A stretch of 64,000 bases of DNA from an uncultured Chloroflexia bacterium (GCA_963724295.1 CAVRUC010000007.1:192001-256000), one strand, 5' to 3'; positions 40,556-50,822 are shown, counted from the stretch's first letter. Notes: generated by a model not told the origin, from the sequence alone. Program-made: numbers and translations.

Positions 40556-40969
40556 TGCCTGTCCGGCGTTGCGGGAGCCAGCGAGGCTTGCCGTAGCCAT
40601 TCGCCGGTTGACATTGCATAGATCGTGCCAACCAACGCAGAAAACCACCTCCTATCAACTAGAACGCCGTTCTAGAGCCCGCGTGAGATGCGCTATCAAG
40701 AGATACGAGTAGAGGAACCAACTGGATTGCGAATCGTGCCGAGAAGGCACAAATGCGACAGGGGTTCACTCGCCGTCTTGAAGCCGGTCGTGCTGATGAG
40801 CGCGGTCGAACCCCGAGGGGCTCTACGGGGCCTTCCGGCATGACATGTGCAACGAGCGATCGGAAGGCCGCCCCGCCACCACGGTCAATTCGTTGGCTGG
40901 GATGCCTCAAGCAAACCAATGCATCTCAGTGCGAGCGTGCGGGCTCGAGTCCAAAAATGGAGGTTCACG

Positions 40970-41611
40970 GTGCTACGGTCCTGCGAGCGTAAACTGAGCG
41001 TCCCCGTCCTGGCGCTACTGATTTGTCTCGCGACACCCGGTTCCACGCTTGCTCAGACGGCGACACCCGCGGCTTACCCCGTTGCACCCGATCCAAGCGA
41101 GTGCATAGCCGAGCCCGCTTCACCCGAAGAGATTGTCACGTTCCTGGTGACCCCAGTTGCTGAACCCGATGGCAGCCCGGTGCCGTTCGTACGACCGCCG
41201 GGTGAGCCAGCCGACGCGCAGACATCTGCAGAGGTGATTGCGACCCTACGCCAGGTCTTTGCGTGCGCCAATGCCGGCGATGCGTTGCGAGTCGCAAGCT
41301 TCTACACCGACGAGTTCGTGCGCTACTTTTTCGGCGGCGTCCCTGCCGAGGCCTTGCTGGAGTTTCTGGCCATCCCCCCTCAGCCGCTACCGGAGGATCA
41401 GAAGCGAATCATCATCCGCTTCGGGGAGGTCCAGCTTCTACCAGACGGCCGGGCTGGAGTCGTTATCGTGCTCGACGAACCGGAAGACCCGCGCACCGAA
41501 GAGCCGGACTACGCCATCCTCGAGCGAGTTGAGGGCCGCTGGCTAGTGGATGAGCTCCACGAAGACGCCGGCGTGGAAGGCACTCCAGCGACCGGAACGC
41601 CGTCGGCATAA
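40970..41611 (+). CDS. Secreted hypothetical protein (possibly NTF2/SnoaL-like)
   Basis: GGAGG before GTG; signal peptide ending TLA-Q followed by TATPAA; ACANAGD and ERVEGRWLVDE segments. Confidence 0.75.
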   Translation: MLRSCERKLSVPVLALLICLATPGSTLAQTATPAAYPVAPDPSECIAEPASPEEIVTFLVTPVAEPDGSPVPFVRPPGEPADAQTSAEVIATLRQVFACANAGDALRVASFYTDEFVRYFFGGVPAEALLEFLAIPPQPLPEDQKRIIIRFGEVQLLPDGRAGVVIVLDEPEDPRTEEPDYAILERVEGRWLVDELHEDAGVEGTPATGTPSA

Positions 41612-41687
41612 GGCCGTAAGACGAGGAAAGTCTTCGTCCCGACCCGGAACGGAATCTTGCCAAGCAGAACACGAAGGAGCTTTTCCA

Positions 41688-42161
41688 ATGTCAGACGACC
41701 ATAGCCCCGGGGATCGGCGCCAACCCTATTCGGACCGAGGCGGACCCGAGGGACGACACGCGGAAACCCATGACGTTCGGCGTGAAGAGCTGACGAACCC
41801 TGTAGGCCCCCAAGCGGATGACCCGAGTTTCGCCGAACAACTTGCTCCCAGAGAGACTTCACCAGGTGGAGGCCACGTCACGGAGAGTGCCCCAGCAGTC
41901 GACGACAAGATGCTCCACTTAAGGCTCCCTGAGCTCTCGAGCGATGAGCTGTCACGGCTCCAGGTCCTCGAACCCGGCACGCGGCTGGAGCAGGGCGGCA
42001 CCTACGTTGACCTCAACCGCCTTGGCGAGGGTCCGTTCAAGGCTCTGGGTGGCCACGAAGCGAGCGAAAAAAACCGCTACATCGCCAAACGCGATACCGA
42101 TTACGAGCTCTGGAACCGTCTCGTCGGCGAGCACGCCGATCCGGACGTCGAGCGCCCGTGA
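41688..42161 (+). CDS. Hypothetical protein
   Basis: AAGGAG RBS; disordered N-terminal half then a globular-looking LEQGGTYVDL...KRDTDYELWNRL region. Confidence 0.75.
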   Translation: MSDDHSPGDRRQPYSDRGGPEGRHAETHDVRREELTNPVGPQADDPSFAEQLAPRETSPGGGHVTESAPAVDDKMLHLRLPELSSDELSRLQVLEPGTRLEQGGTYVDLNRLGEGPFKALGGHEASEKNRYIAKRDTDYELWNRLVGEHADPDVERP

Positions 42162-42367
42162 CGAAGGTCGCTTGGCCGACAGTGCCACAGCGCGCAGGGG
42201 TCTTTGGGAAGAGAAAGTCTGGTTCGAAGGACTTCGCCCAATTGCATGGGCTCAGGAACGACCGTGCAAATCCGTACTCGGGGTGTACGGCGACTCTCGA
42301 TTACGGCGATGGCCTGATACCCTAACTCCCTGCGGTTCGGACGGCGGCAGGACAGGAGCGCTACGCG

Positions 42368-43819
42368 ATGGCCCGGCGGCGGATCGATGCCTCGCACGTA
42401 ATCGCATTTCAGAATGGCGGGCACCGCCATCTACGGGATGGTGTGGTCGTTACCGACGGCAGCGAGATCATTCACGTCGGTCCTCAGGCGAGCTGGAACC
42501 AGCCTGTCGATGAGACGATCGACGCTCGCGGCATGGTGGTGACGCCCGGCTTCATCAACACCCACACCCATCTCTACGAATCGCCGCTGGACAAGAGCTT
42601 CGTCGAGGATATGGGCCGACGACAGTTCTATTTGTCAGGATTGTTCGAGTACCTGCCTGTGCGCTCGATGGCGATGGATGAAGAGGCCCCGCGCGCCTGC
42701 CTCGCTTACTCCATGGCCGAGCTGCTGCGCACCGGAACGACGACCGTCATGGAGATTGGCTCCTATGGTGAGGAGGCAGTGCGCCAGGCCGGCCGGGTCG
42801 GTATGCGCCTTTACATGGGGCTCGGCTACCGCTCGGGGCGCTGGTACACCGACGACGGCAAGGAGGTCAAGTACGCCTGGGATGAGGAGGCGGGATTGCG
42901 TGCTATGGACCGCGCTGTCCGCTTCATCGAGGAGCATGACGGCGCTCAGAACGGTCGCATCAAGGGGTTTCTTTCCCCGTCGCAAGTCGACACCTGCACT
43001 GAAGACCTGCTCCGCCGCTCGCGCCAGGCGGCGAGCAGCATGAGGGTGCCAATGGCGCTGCACACGTCGCAATCGGTCAACGAGTTCCTGGAGATGACTC
43101 GCCGCCACGGCATGACTCCCATCGAGTGGCTGCGCGACATCGGCTTTCTCGGCCCTGACGTCATCCTCGGCCACGCCATCATCGTGGCGCCTGGTTCCTG
43201 GACGAACTGGGCGGGGGATGACGTCGGCATTCTGGCCGACACTGGCACCAACGTCGCCCATGCCGTCTGGGTCTTCGCCCGCCGGGGCATTGCCATGGAG
43301 AGTTTCGCCCGCTACCTGGCGCGCGGCGTGAATATGACGCTCGGTACCGACACGAGCCCTCAAAGCATGATCGAAGCTCTCAGATACACCGCGGTCGTTG
43401 GCAAGATCGTCGACCGGCAAACCGAGGTCGCCACCGCAGCCGACGTGTTCAATGCCGCAACCCTGGCTGGGGCGAAGGCGCTCGGCCGCGATGATCTCGG
43501 GCGTATCGCGGCGGGTGCAAAAGCCGATCTCCTCCTCTGGAGGGGAGACTCTATCTTCATGACGCCGCTACGCGACCCCATCCGCAATATCGTCTACTCG
43601 GCGGCTGCGGAAGATCTCGACACGGTACTGATCGACGGCGAGGTGCGCATGCGCGGGCGAGAGATCCCCGGCGTCGACATCGCCGCCCTCACCCGGGACC
43701 TCCAGGCCGCGGGCGAGCGCATGTGGGCCAACGTCAATCGCGGCGATTGGGCAGGACGGTCAGTCGACGAGCTCGCGCCGCAGACCTTTCCTCTGTATGA
43801 CGCAACCCGGGCTCGATGA
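42368..43819 (+). CDS. Amidohydrolase (Atz/Trz chlorohydrolase/deaminase-like)
   Basis: PGFINTHTH, LRTGTTT, LGTD and GAKADL motifs; AGGAG RBS. Confidence 0.9.
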   Translation: MARRRIDASHVIAFQNGGHRHLRDGVVVTDGSEIIHVGPQASWNQPVDETIDARGMVVTPGFINTHTHLYESPLDKSFVEDMGRRQFYLSGLFEYLPVRSMAMDEEAPRACLAYSMAELLRTGTTTVMEIGSYGEEAVRQAGRVGMRLYMGLGYRSGRWYTDDGKEVKYAWDEEAGLRAMDRAVRFIEEHDGAQNGRIKGFLSPSQVDTCTEDLLRRSRQAASSMRVPMALHTSQSVNEFLEMTRRHGMTPIEWLRDIGFLGPDVILGHAIIVAPGSWTNWAGDDVGILADTGTNVAHAVWVFARRGIAMESFARYLARGVNMTLGTDTSPQSMIEALRYTAVVGKIVDRQTEVATAADVFNAATLAGAKALGRDDLGRIAAGAKADLLLWRGDSIFMTPLRDPIRNIVYSAAAEDLDTVLIDGEVRMRGREIPGVDIAALTRDLQAAGERMWANVNRGDWAGRSVDELAPQTFPLYDATRAR

Positions 43820-43889
43820 CTGGTAAGCCTCACCTTGCTGCAGACTTGCTTTCCTGAGTGCGGGTCGAGATACCAGTCGTCAGTGTTTT

Positions 43890-44573
43890 CTACGTGTGAC
43901 CTTCGTCGCCCGGAACGCCGTAGCTAGGAGCCGCGGCGGGATCGAGGGCTCGGAGGCGATACGCGTCGGCCTGTGGACGCCAGAGGCGCCAGAGCGCGTT
44001 CAATTCAGCTACTGGTTCCGCTAACCAGTCGACTCGGAGATCGGTCACCGGCCAGGGAACGTCGCTAACTACGAGAAGTCCCGCGGAGTGCACCGGCCCT
44101 GCCTCGCCGCCTGCCCGCAGCCCCTCGCTCAGTGCGGCGATGAGGCGATCGCCGAGCTCTTCGTCGGGAATAGCGGTGAAACTGCCGACCATCGCGACTG
44201 GGACATTGCTGTCAGCCAGAAGATTGCCTGCCGCAACGCAATCACGACCTTCTGCGGTGGCATACAGCCCCAGGGTGTGGTCTCCAGACCAGGCCGCAGT
44301 GACGCCATTTTGGTCGATCGCGGTCAGTTGTCGCCAGCCAATCAGCGGCTCTGTACGGACGATCGAAGCCATCGCTTCAGGTGCGGACTCGCCGTTGGCC
44401 ATGGAATCCAAGAGGACCGTACCAAGTCTCGGGTCTGTAATGTTCTGGGTGCAGGCAGCCCCGACACCAGCGCGCGCCCACGCACAGCGGGCCGCCACGG
44501 CTGGCGATGACGACGAGATGGCAACCCCGAACTGTCCGCTTCGCGCGCAGCGCCCGGCGATGGAAAGTGTCAC
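43890..44573 (-). CDS. DUF1028 family protein (Ntn-hydrolase-like)
   Basis: MTLSIAGRC, GVAISSSSPAVAARC, AGNLL, SAGLLV and DLRVD motifs. Confidence 0.88.
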   Translation of the reverse strand: MTLSIAGRCARSGQFGVAISSSSPAVAARCAWARAGVGAACTQNITDPRLGTVLLDSMANGESAPEAMASIVRTEPLIGWRQLTAIDQNGVTAAWSGDHTLGLYATAEGRDCVAAGNLLADSNVPVAMVGSFTAIPDEELGDRLIAALSEGLRAGGEAGPVHSAGLLVVSDVPWPVTDLRVDWLAEPVAELNALWRLWRPQADAYRLRALDPAAAPSYGVPGDEGHT

Positions 44574-45007
44574 GATGTGTCCTTGGCCGAGCGGACCTCA
44601 GGAATCACCGCGGTGGCGTCTATCTCGACAACCCATTCCGGGCGTGCCAATGCAGAAACGACTACGCCGGTCGAGACAGGGAAGACGCCCTTGAGCCACC
44701 GTCCCATCACCTGATAGACGGGATCGCGGTAGCGGATGTCAGTCAGGTAGACGACGATCTTGACGATGTCTTCGAGCGCTGACCCTGACTCCTCGAGCAG
44801 CATGGCGATATTCGCCATCGCCCGCTCAGTCTGCGCCGCGACGTCGCCGACACCGACCGATTCCCGCGTCTCCAGATCTTGTCCGATCTGGCCGCGGAGG
44901 TAAACCGTGCTTCCGGCCACCACTGCCTGGCAGAGATCGTTGTCCAGATTTTGCTCGGGGTACGTTTCACGGGTGTTGAACGGCCGGATGCGGCGGTGAG
45001 TGGTCAT
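44570..45007 (-). CDS. RidA/YjgF family protein
   Basis: VYLRGQIG, DIVKIVVYLTD and LARPEWVVEIDATA motifs. Confidence 0.9.
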   Translation of the reverse strand: MTTHRRIRPFNTRETYPEQNLDNDLCQAVVAGSTVYLRGQIGQDLETRESVGVGDVAAQTERAMANIAMLLEESGSALEDIVKIVVYLTDIRYRDPVYQVMGRWLKGVFPVSTGVVVSALARPEWVVEIDATAVIPEVRSAKDTS

Positions 45008-46587
45008 GGAGCGACGTCACTGTGTGAAGACCCTTTCTGCGGGCCAGCTTGCTGAGGCGCAGTAGCGGAGAGCGAATTGGGGATATCTGCTGACTTCCCG
45101 TTCGGGTTTGCCCCGTTCCCGCCTCCAACCGAGCGCGTCCCTGCCACTCGAGTTGACAGCCCCGCTGACTCGCGCACGATGCGCATCGGCTCCGCAAAGT
45201 CGAAGTTGCGGTAAACCGCCAGGAGGTGCGCGAACGGTGGAGATTGCGCGAAGAGCTGGAAGGTTAGCCGATGGCCCGCGTAGTCCGAGTTGAGAAGATC
45301 GCGCGCGTAAGCAAGAAGCTTTCGTCGGTCCTCCGCCTGCCAGTCCTCGTTGATCGTGTAGAACTTGTCGAGCCACGGTGCGGTTTCAGGATTGGAGAAG
45401 CTGGCGAAGTCAGGGGTGACGCAAATCTGACCTCCGCAGAGATCGCGGGTGATGTGCATCATGTCCGCCAGCCCGGAGCAGGCATGGACGCGTCCCGCAT
45501 AGAGCAGGCTCTGGTTCGGCATCACGAGACCGCCAGGACTTTCCTCGGCTTCGTATACCGCCGCGGTGAGGAAGGCATTGATGCCCTCCCGGTAGACCGC
45601 TAGCGTTGCCAACTTCTCCTGGACAGCCTGCTGCTTCTCCAGACCCGTTTGCCGCGCGTTGTACATGGCCGTGCCGAGCATCATGTCGGCGTAGCGCAGA
45701 ATGCGCTGCACGAAGGCGAACGCGCTGTAACGGTGGAGGGTGGCGCGGATGTACGAGGCGGCGCGCGTGTGCCGGTAAAACAGCACATCCTCCCAGGGAA
45801 TGTGAACGTTGTCGAAGATGATCAGCGTGTCGACTTCGTCGAAGCGGTTCGAGAGGGGGTAGTCCTCTCGAGAACCGCGCCCCGCGAAGCCGGTGCGACA
45901 GATGTGCTTCATGCCAGGCGCGCCCATGTGAGCGATGAAGCCTACGGCGTAGTCCGACAGCTCGCTGTTGCCCCAGTTGGCGATGGTCGGTTTGACGAAG
46001 GCTTGGTTTGCATAGGCCGCCGCCGTCTCAAACTTCGCGCCTTTGACGACGAGCCCGGCGTCGGTCTCCTTGACGACGTGGAGGAGCATGTCAGGGTCCT
46101 GATCCTGGGGGCGCTTGGAGCGATCCCCCTTTGGATCGGTGTTGGCCGACACATGGAACGGATCGCGCTTGGCCGCGAAATCGACGTGTCGGCGGATGTT
46201 CTCGGAAAATGTGGGATCGATCTCATTGAGGACGTCCTGGCCGTCGTACAGTGACCACATCTCGCCGATCGTCTCGTCACCCACGCGGGTGACAACTCCC
46301 CCGATGTTATCCATGACCGCGTCTACAGCACGGCGCTTCGCTTGCCAGTCTTCGCGGCTGCGCGGTAACTGGAGTCCAACGGCGAAGCGGTCTCCAGTAA
46401 GCGGGTCCGCCGTCGTCATGACGTCGCGGGTCGCATCCTCGTGCGCCATGTCGTAGATGCGCGCGCGTATATCGACGAGCGGCTTGAACATGGGATGGGT
46501 GGTCACGTCAGCGACGCGCTGCCCATTCACCCAGACATCCCGATCGTCGCGAATGGACTCTCGGTATTCATCTCCATTCCTGATCAT
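45004..46587 (-). CDS. FADH2-dependent monooxygenase, HpaB (4-hydroxyphenylacetate 3-hydroxylase) family
   Basis: YRESIRDDRDVWVNG, DPKGDRS, DYPLSNRFDE and FDNVHIPWE motifs. Confidence 0.9.
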   Translation of the reverse strand: MIRNGDEYRESIRDDRDVWVNGQRVADVTTHPMFKPLVDIRARIYDMAHEDATRDVMTTADPLTGDRFAVGLQLPRSREDWQAKRRAVDAVMDNIGGVVTRVGDETIGEMWSLYDGQDVLNEIDPTFSENIRRHVDFAAKRDPFHVSANTDPKGDRSKRPQDQDPDMLLHVVKETDAGLVVKGAKFETAAAYANQAFVKPTIANWGNSELSDYAVGFIAHMGAPGMKHICRTGFAGRGSREDYPLSNRFDEVDTLIIFDNVHIPWEDVLFYRHTRAASYIRATLHRYSAFAFVQRILRYADMMLGTAMYNARQTGLEKQQAVQEKLATLAVYREGINAFLTAAVYEAEESPGGLVMPNQSLLYAGRVHACSGLADMMHITRDLCGGQICVTPDFASFSNPETAPWLDKFYTINEDWQAEDRRKLLAYARDLLNSDYAGHRLTFQLFAQSPPFAHLLAVYRNFDFAEPMRIVRESAGLSTRVAGTRSVGGGNGANPNGKSADIPNSLSATAPQQAGPQKGSSHSDVAP

Positions 46588-47137
46588 TGACGTCCCTCGT
46601 GGCAATGGCGTCGTCCATCACAAAGAAGTGCCAGGTGCTGTGCCGGTTCAGTTGCGGTGGTTATCAATCGGCGCTCAGACCAAAGTTCGATACGTTGACA
46701 TTCGACCCTCGCCGTGGCCTGATGACCTCGCTGGCACGAGTGTAATCGAGTCCGGCGTGGGGACCCCCTTTGCCGCCAGACCCGCTGCCCATCTCAGGAC
46801 TCGACTGTCGCGCCTGACCCGAATCTGGGGCCGGACAAGGAGCGCAAAACCGCGGTCTGCCAATGCTCCATAGACGCAGTATCGAGTCCCCGCCGCGACG
46901 CCGGCGCCAGCGTGATTGAGGCGCTAGACCATCGGAACGTGGGTAGAATTGGCTTGAAGTAGGAGGAATTCCGTCTTCCTCAAAGCAATTCAGTCGGCAG
47001 CAAGATGAGAGTGCATAACAGCATCCGCGAATGCTAGGATTGGATCAACGGCGAGCCAGTTCCCGACACGCCGAAGCCACCGGAGCACGACTTCTAGATC
47101 ACTTGCCCGTGCGCGACCGCGGGCTAGCAGGAAAAGG

Positions 47138-48532
47138 ATGGATCAGGAAAATTCCGGACACACTTCTAGGATTTTCCGAATCGTCAGCGACCCAGTGCAA
47201 CTGCGGGAAATATTGGAGCAACACCTACGGGTTCCAGGCGGCACGCGCTTTGACGTCGTGAACTGCACGCCGGCGTTCACCCGCGGCCGCGGACAGCGCA
47301 ACTTGTTTCAGTACGACGTCACTCTGCGTGACCCCGACGGGCGAGAATGGAATGAAGTCGTAAGCGGCGTCAACTTTGTCGCCGAGCGGACGCAAATTAT
47401 GTGGGAAAGGCTGAAGCTCTCCAACCTGAGTGATAGGCGTGAGTCAAATATTCGCCAAGTTGCTTACATTCCGGACCTCGACCTTATCCTGCAGGTCTTC
47501 CCCTTCGATTTTGAGCTGCTCGCCCTGGGGCGACTCATGGAGGGCGCATTACCCGGGCTTCGTGCTCCCATCATGGACCGATTCGGCCCTGGCGAGTGGC
47601 GACTGGATGACTGGAAATCCGAGCCCGTTCGCTATCGGGTCAACCTTCGCGCCACGATCAAGCTCACCATCCGCGCAAGCGAGTCCCGTTCTGGCCGTGC
47701 GGCGGAGAGACGCTTCTTCGCAAAGGTCTACGCCGACGCGGAGCGAGTGGAGCGAGCTTGGACTGTTCAGCAGGACCTTGCGGTTGCCTTGCGGGCGGCG
47801 CGTGAACCAATCGGACTCGCACCGTTAGTGGTCTACGTTCCAGATGCTCGGGTCCTTGTCCAGGACGAAGTCGTGGCACCGAGCTTTCCAGAAATACTTA
47901 AGACTGGTGACCATGAAGATGTAGTCGGGGCGGTCCGCCGCGCGGCGCGAGCAATCGCGGCTCTCCATTGCCTCTCTTTCGTCGTGCCCGACCGTCGGAT
48001 CGAGATCGGTCGCATCGACCCGAAACGGCTGCGTCGTTCGACCGAGAAATTGCGACAATCCTGTCCAGAGCTCGCCACTCTGGTAACCGACATCGAGGCG
48101 AACATTCTCGCGTCGCTAGCTGCCTTGGACGGGCTTCCGACCGTGCCCGTGCACGGCGATCTGAAACTTGCCCACCTCATGTTCGATCAGGATCGCGTCG
48201 TGTTGCTCGACCTGGACAAGTTTGCAGTAGATGAACCAATGTTGGATGTCCTAAGCGTGCTGATGCCACTCCGCGCGGAACGCAAAACCCGCTTGGCTGG
48301 CACCTCCTTAGCTCGTCTGTTCGCTGAAGAGTATTTCGCGCACGTGCCAGCAGCGTGGGAGCGTCGACTCGCTCCCCACTATGCGTGGGCCCTCCTCGAG
48401 GAGGCGGGCTCGATCGCATCGAAACCAGGGAAGAGCCGCGCCCGGTCCAAGATCACCGGCTCACAGCGCCGAGAAGAGCGCGTGGGTAGCCTTGTGGAAG
48501 AAGCAAGGGCTGTGCTGGCAGGTAGAGCCTGA
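47138..48532 (+). CDS. Aminoglycoside phosphotransferase/kinase-like protein
   Basis: FAKVY, HGDLKLAH and LLDLD kinase motifs. Confidence 0.8.
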   Translation: MDQENSGHTSRIFRIVSDPVQLREILEQHLRVPGGTRFDVVNCTPAFTRGRGQRNLFQYDVTLRDPDGREWNEVVSGVNFVAERTQIMWERLKLSNLSDRRESNIRQVAYIPDLDLILQVFPFDFELLALGRLMEGALPGLRAPIMDRFGPGEWRLDDWKSEPVRYRVNLRATIKLTIRASESRSGRAAERRFFAKVYADAERVERAWTVQQDLAVALRAAREPIGLAPLVVYVPDARVLVQDEVVAPSFPEILKTGDHEDVVGAVRRAARAIAALHCLSFVVPDRRIEIGRIDPKRLRRSTEKLRQSCPELATLVTDIEANILASLAALDGLPTVPVHGDLKLAHLMFDQDRVVLLDLDKFAVDEPMLDVLSVLMPLRAERKTRLAGTSLARLFAEEYFAHVPAAWERRLAPHYAWALLEEAGSIASKPGKSRARSKITGSQRREERVGSLVEEARAVLAGRA

Positions 48533-49013
48533 CGGCGGATCCTCCTTTGCACCTTAGCTGACAGAGTGATGATCCGTTTGCGCCAGTTAGGCAGCGGATT
48601 CGAACCGTTGTGGCACGGACAGAAAACGCTCGGAGAGGCGCCCCGTATGGGCGCATAGCGGCGGAAGAATCAAGACGCTTCGGCTCAAACCGAGCGCACC
48701 GCTTACCTCTGCCTTCCGGCACCATCCCGCTTGAGGATTGAGCGGCGCTCGCGGCGAGCGGAGCGGCGAGCCGAAAGGAGCAAGTGAGATAAGCGCCCGC
48801 TCGCTGGTCGAGCGGTCGGGTCTCTTGCGCTGTCTGGCGTCACGATGTGCCAGCGCGTCCGGACCGAGCAGACACCGATGATGCAGCGGTTCATCTTGGG
48901 AGACGCGAACTAAAGTCCCATCGCAACCTCGACTGTGAGATTACCTATAGCCAACGGTGACGAGAACGGCCAGCCCAATTGGCCCGGGCAAACTCAGGTC
49001 GAGCGTGGCGAGT

Positions 49014-49562
49014 CTATGGCGCGGGGGCGGGTGGAGCCGAAGCCAGCCCAATGGTGAGGCCGTCAACTGACACGTCCGGCAACGGCGCGATCCCGGCGGC
49101 GTCGACGCGTCGTCGCACCCGGGCGATGACAGTCACTTCACCGGCGCGGTCAAACCGAAGCGTGAGCGGAAACGTTTGTCCTTGCACTAAAGCCGTTCGC
49201 AACCCAATCAGTGCAAGGTGACTTGTTCCCGGCTCGAGAGTTATCGTCTCGTTGGCTGGTATGACAATTCCTTCAGGCGCGCGCGCGTTTACGCGTCGGC
49301 CGTTGACGAGGAAGGCTCGGCGGACCGCCACGGATTTCGCGACCGGCGTGCTACCGCCGAGAAGCCGTTCGTCCATGGCTCCATCGTTCCGAATCGAAAG
49401 CGAGACGGGAACCCCTTCCTGCATCTCCCAGGCCGGTGGCTCGGCTGGCAAAGCCGGTTGCAGTTGGGAGAGCACGCCGGTGCCAGGCGGATTCACCAAT
49501 TGGTGTGATCCCACAGCCGCAATGCCTGCGACAACGAGCAGGCAGACCATGCTGCCGATCAC
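49014..49562 (-). CDS. PCu(A)C copper-chaperone-fold membrane protein with degenerate ligands
   Basis: [25 protein letters not shown] and [14 protein letters not shown] start overlaps the rlmN stop. Confidence 0.75.
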   Translation of the reverse strand: MIGSMVCLLVVAGIAAVGSHQLVNPPGTGVLSQLQPALPAEPPAWEMQEGVPVSLSIRNDGAMDERLLGGSTPVAKSVAVRRAFLVNGRRVNARAPEGIVIPANETITLEPGTSHLALIGLRTALVQGQTFPLTLRFDRAGEVTVIARVRRRVDAAGIAPLPDVSVDGLTIGLASAPPAPAP

Positions 49563-50698
49563 GACGGCAAATGGGACGCCGCTGACTGGCCTAATTCCCT
49601 CACCCGGAGTTGACCGCACGCGGCGTCGATGTCCAACCCGCGCGAGTAGCGGACGGACGTCGCGATACCCGCGTTGCGCAAAATGCCCGCAAAGCGCTCG
49701 ATACCGGCAGGATCGGGTCGCTCATAGGGGAGAAGCTCGACGGGATTGAGCGGGATGATGTTGACGTGACAGAGTCGACCACGGAGTAGCGCTGCTAGCT
49801 CGGTGGCCGTGGTGTCCGCGTCATTGACGCCGCGCATGAGGGCATATTCAAAGGAAACCCGCCGACCGGTTCTCGCGATGTATCGATCAACCGCGGCCAT
49901 CAACGTGGCGATCGGGTAGCGCCGGTTGATAGGGACCAGCCGAGATCGCAACTCGTCATCCGGTGCATGCAAGGAGATCGCCAGGTTGAGTTGCAGCGGC
50001 TCCTCGGCTAGGGCATCTATTTTTGGCACGATACCGGAGGTGGAAACTGTGATGCGCCGAGCGCCGATATCCAAGCCGTGCGGGTCGTGGACGATGTTGA
50101 TGAACTTCATCATCTCCGCGTAGTTCTGGAGCGGCTCGCCCATGCCCATCATCACGATGTTTGTAAGTTCCCGACCTCGCTGTCGCGCCTCGCGGGCAGC
50201 GCCCACAACCTGGGCAACCATCTCCCCGGCGCCGAGGTTTCGCGACAGCCCCATCAGCCCAGTAGCGCAGAACGCGCAGCCGACGGCGCAACCGACCTGG
50301 CTGGAAACGCAGACCGTAGCCCGGTTCGGATAGAGCATCAGGACGGCTTCCAGTACCTGATCGTCGCCCGTCCGATAAAGCGTCTTGATCGTCTCTCCAT
50401 CGTCAGAAGCAACCGCGCGCACAGTTTCGAGCAGCGAAAGTGGAGCTTGGTCCGCGATCGCATCGCGTAGGGCGCCCGGGAGGTTGGCCATCTCTGAGTA
50501 GTCGGCGACGAACTGCCGGTATGCCCAGCCCCAGAGTTGACGGGCGCGGTAGGCTGGAAACCCGAGCTCGAGCACTTGAGTTTCTAACTGATGCAGGCTC
50601 AAATCATAAGCGCCGCGCGGTCGGCCGGCCCGGGGGGAGAGGGCGTGCGAATGAGGTGCGCGTGGGGAAGTAGAAGGCGCAAGCGATGAGTTCATCAT
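49559..50698 (-). CDS. rlmN: 23S rRNA m2A2503 radical SAM methyltransferase
   Basis: [14 protein letters not shown] and DIDAACGQL motifs; start uncertain. Confidence 0.95.
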   Translation of the reverse strand: MMNSSLAPSTSPRAPHSHALSPRAGRPRGAYDLSLHQLETQVLELGFPAYRARQLWGWAYRQFVADYSEMANLPGALRDAIADQAPLSLLETVRAVASDDGETIKTLYRTGDDQVLEAVLMLYPNRATVCVSSQVGCAVGCAFCATGLMGLSRNLGAGEMVAQVVGAAREARQRGRELTNIVMMGMGEPLQNYAEMMKFINIVHDPHGLDIGARRITVSTSGIVPKIDALAEEPLQLNLAISLHAPDDELRSRLVPINRRYPIATLMAAVDRYIARTGRRVSFEYALMRGVNDADTTATELAALLRGRLCHVNIIPLNPVELLPYERPDPAGIERFAGILRNAGIATSVRYSRGLDIDAACGQLRVRELGQSAASHLPS

Positions 50699-50822
50699 GA
50701 GCAAAGCGTAGCACCGCCTCGCCTTCTCAACCGCCCCGGACGTACGGGATTGTGCCGTAAAATGAGGCTCGAACGGTGTGTCCGCTGCCAAGGCCTACCA
50801 TGGCAAGAAAGGACCGAACATC

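Noticed and set aside
40905..40930. c-di-GMP-I riboswitch suggested by GCAAACC
   Set aside because: The GAAA tetraloop, receptor and P2 stem are missing.
46715..46735. CTGATGA as a hammerhead or fluoride riboswitch core
   Set aside because: The required stems and partner motifs are absent.
48590..48612. tRNA T-arm-like GGTTCGAATCC on the minus strand as a tRNA remnant or att site
   Set aside because: The stem is mismatched and there is no acceptor stem, CCA or nearby integrase.
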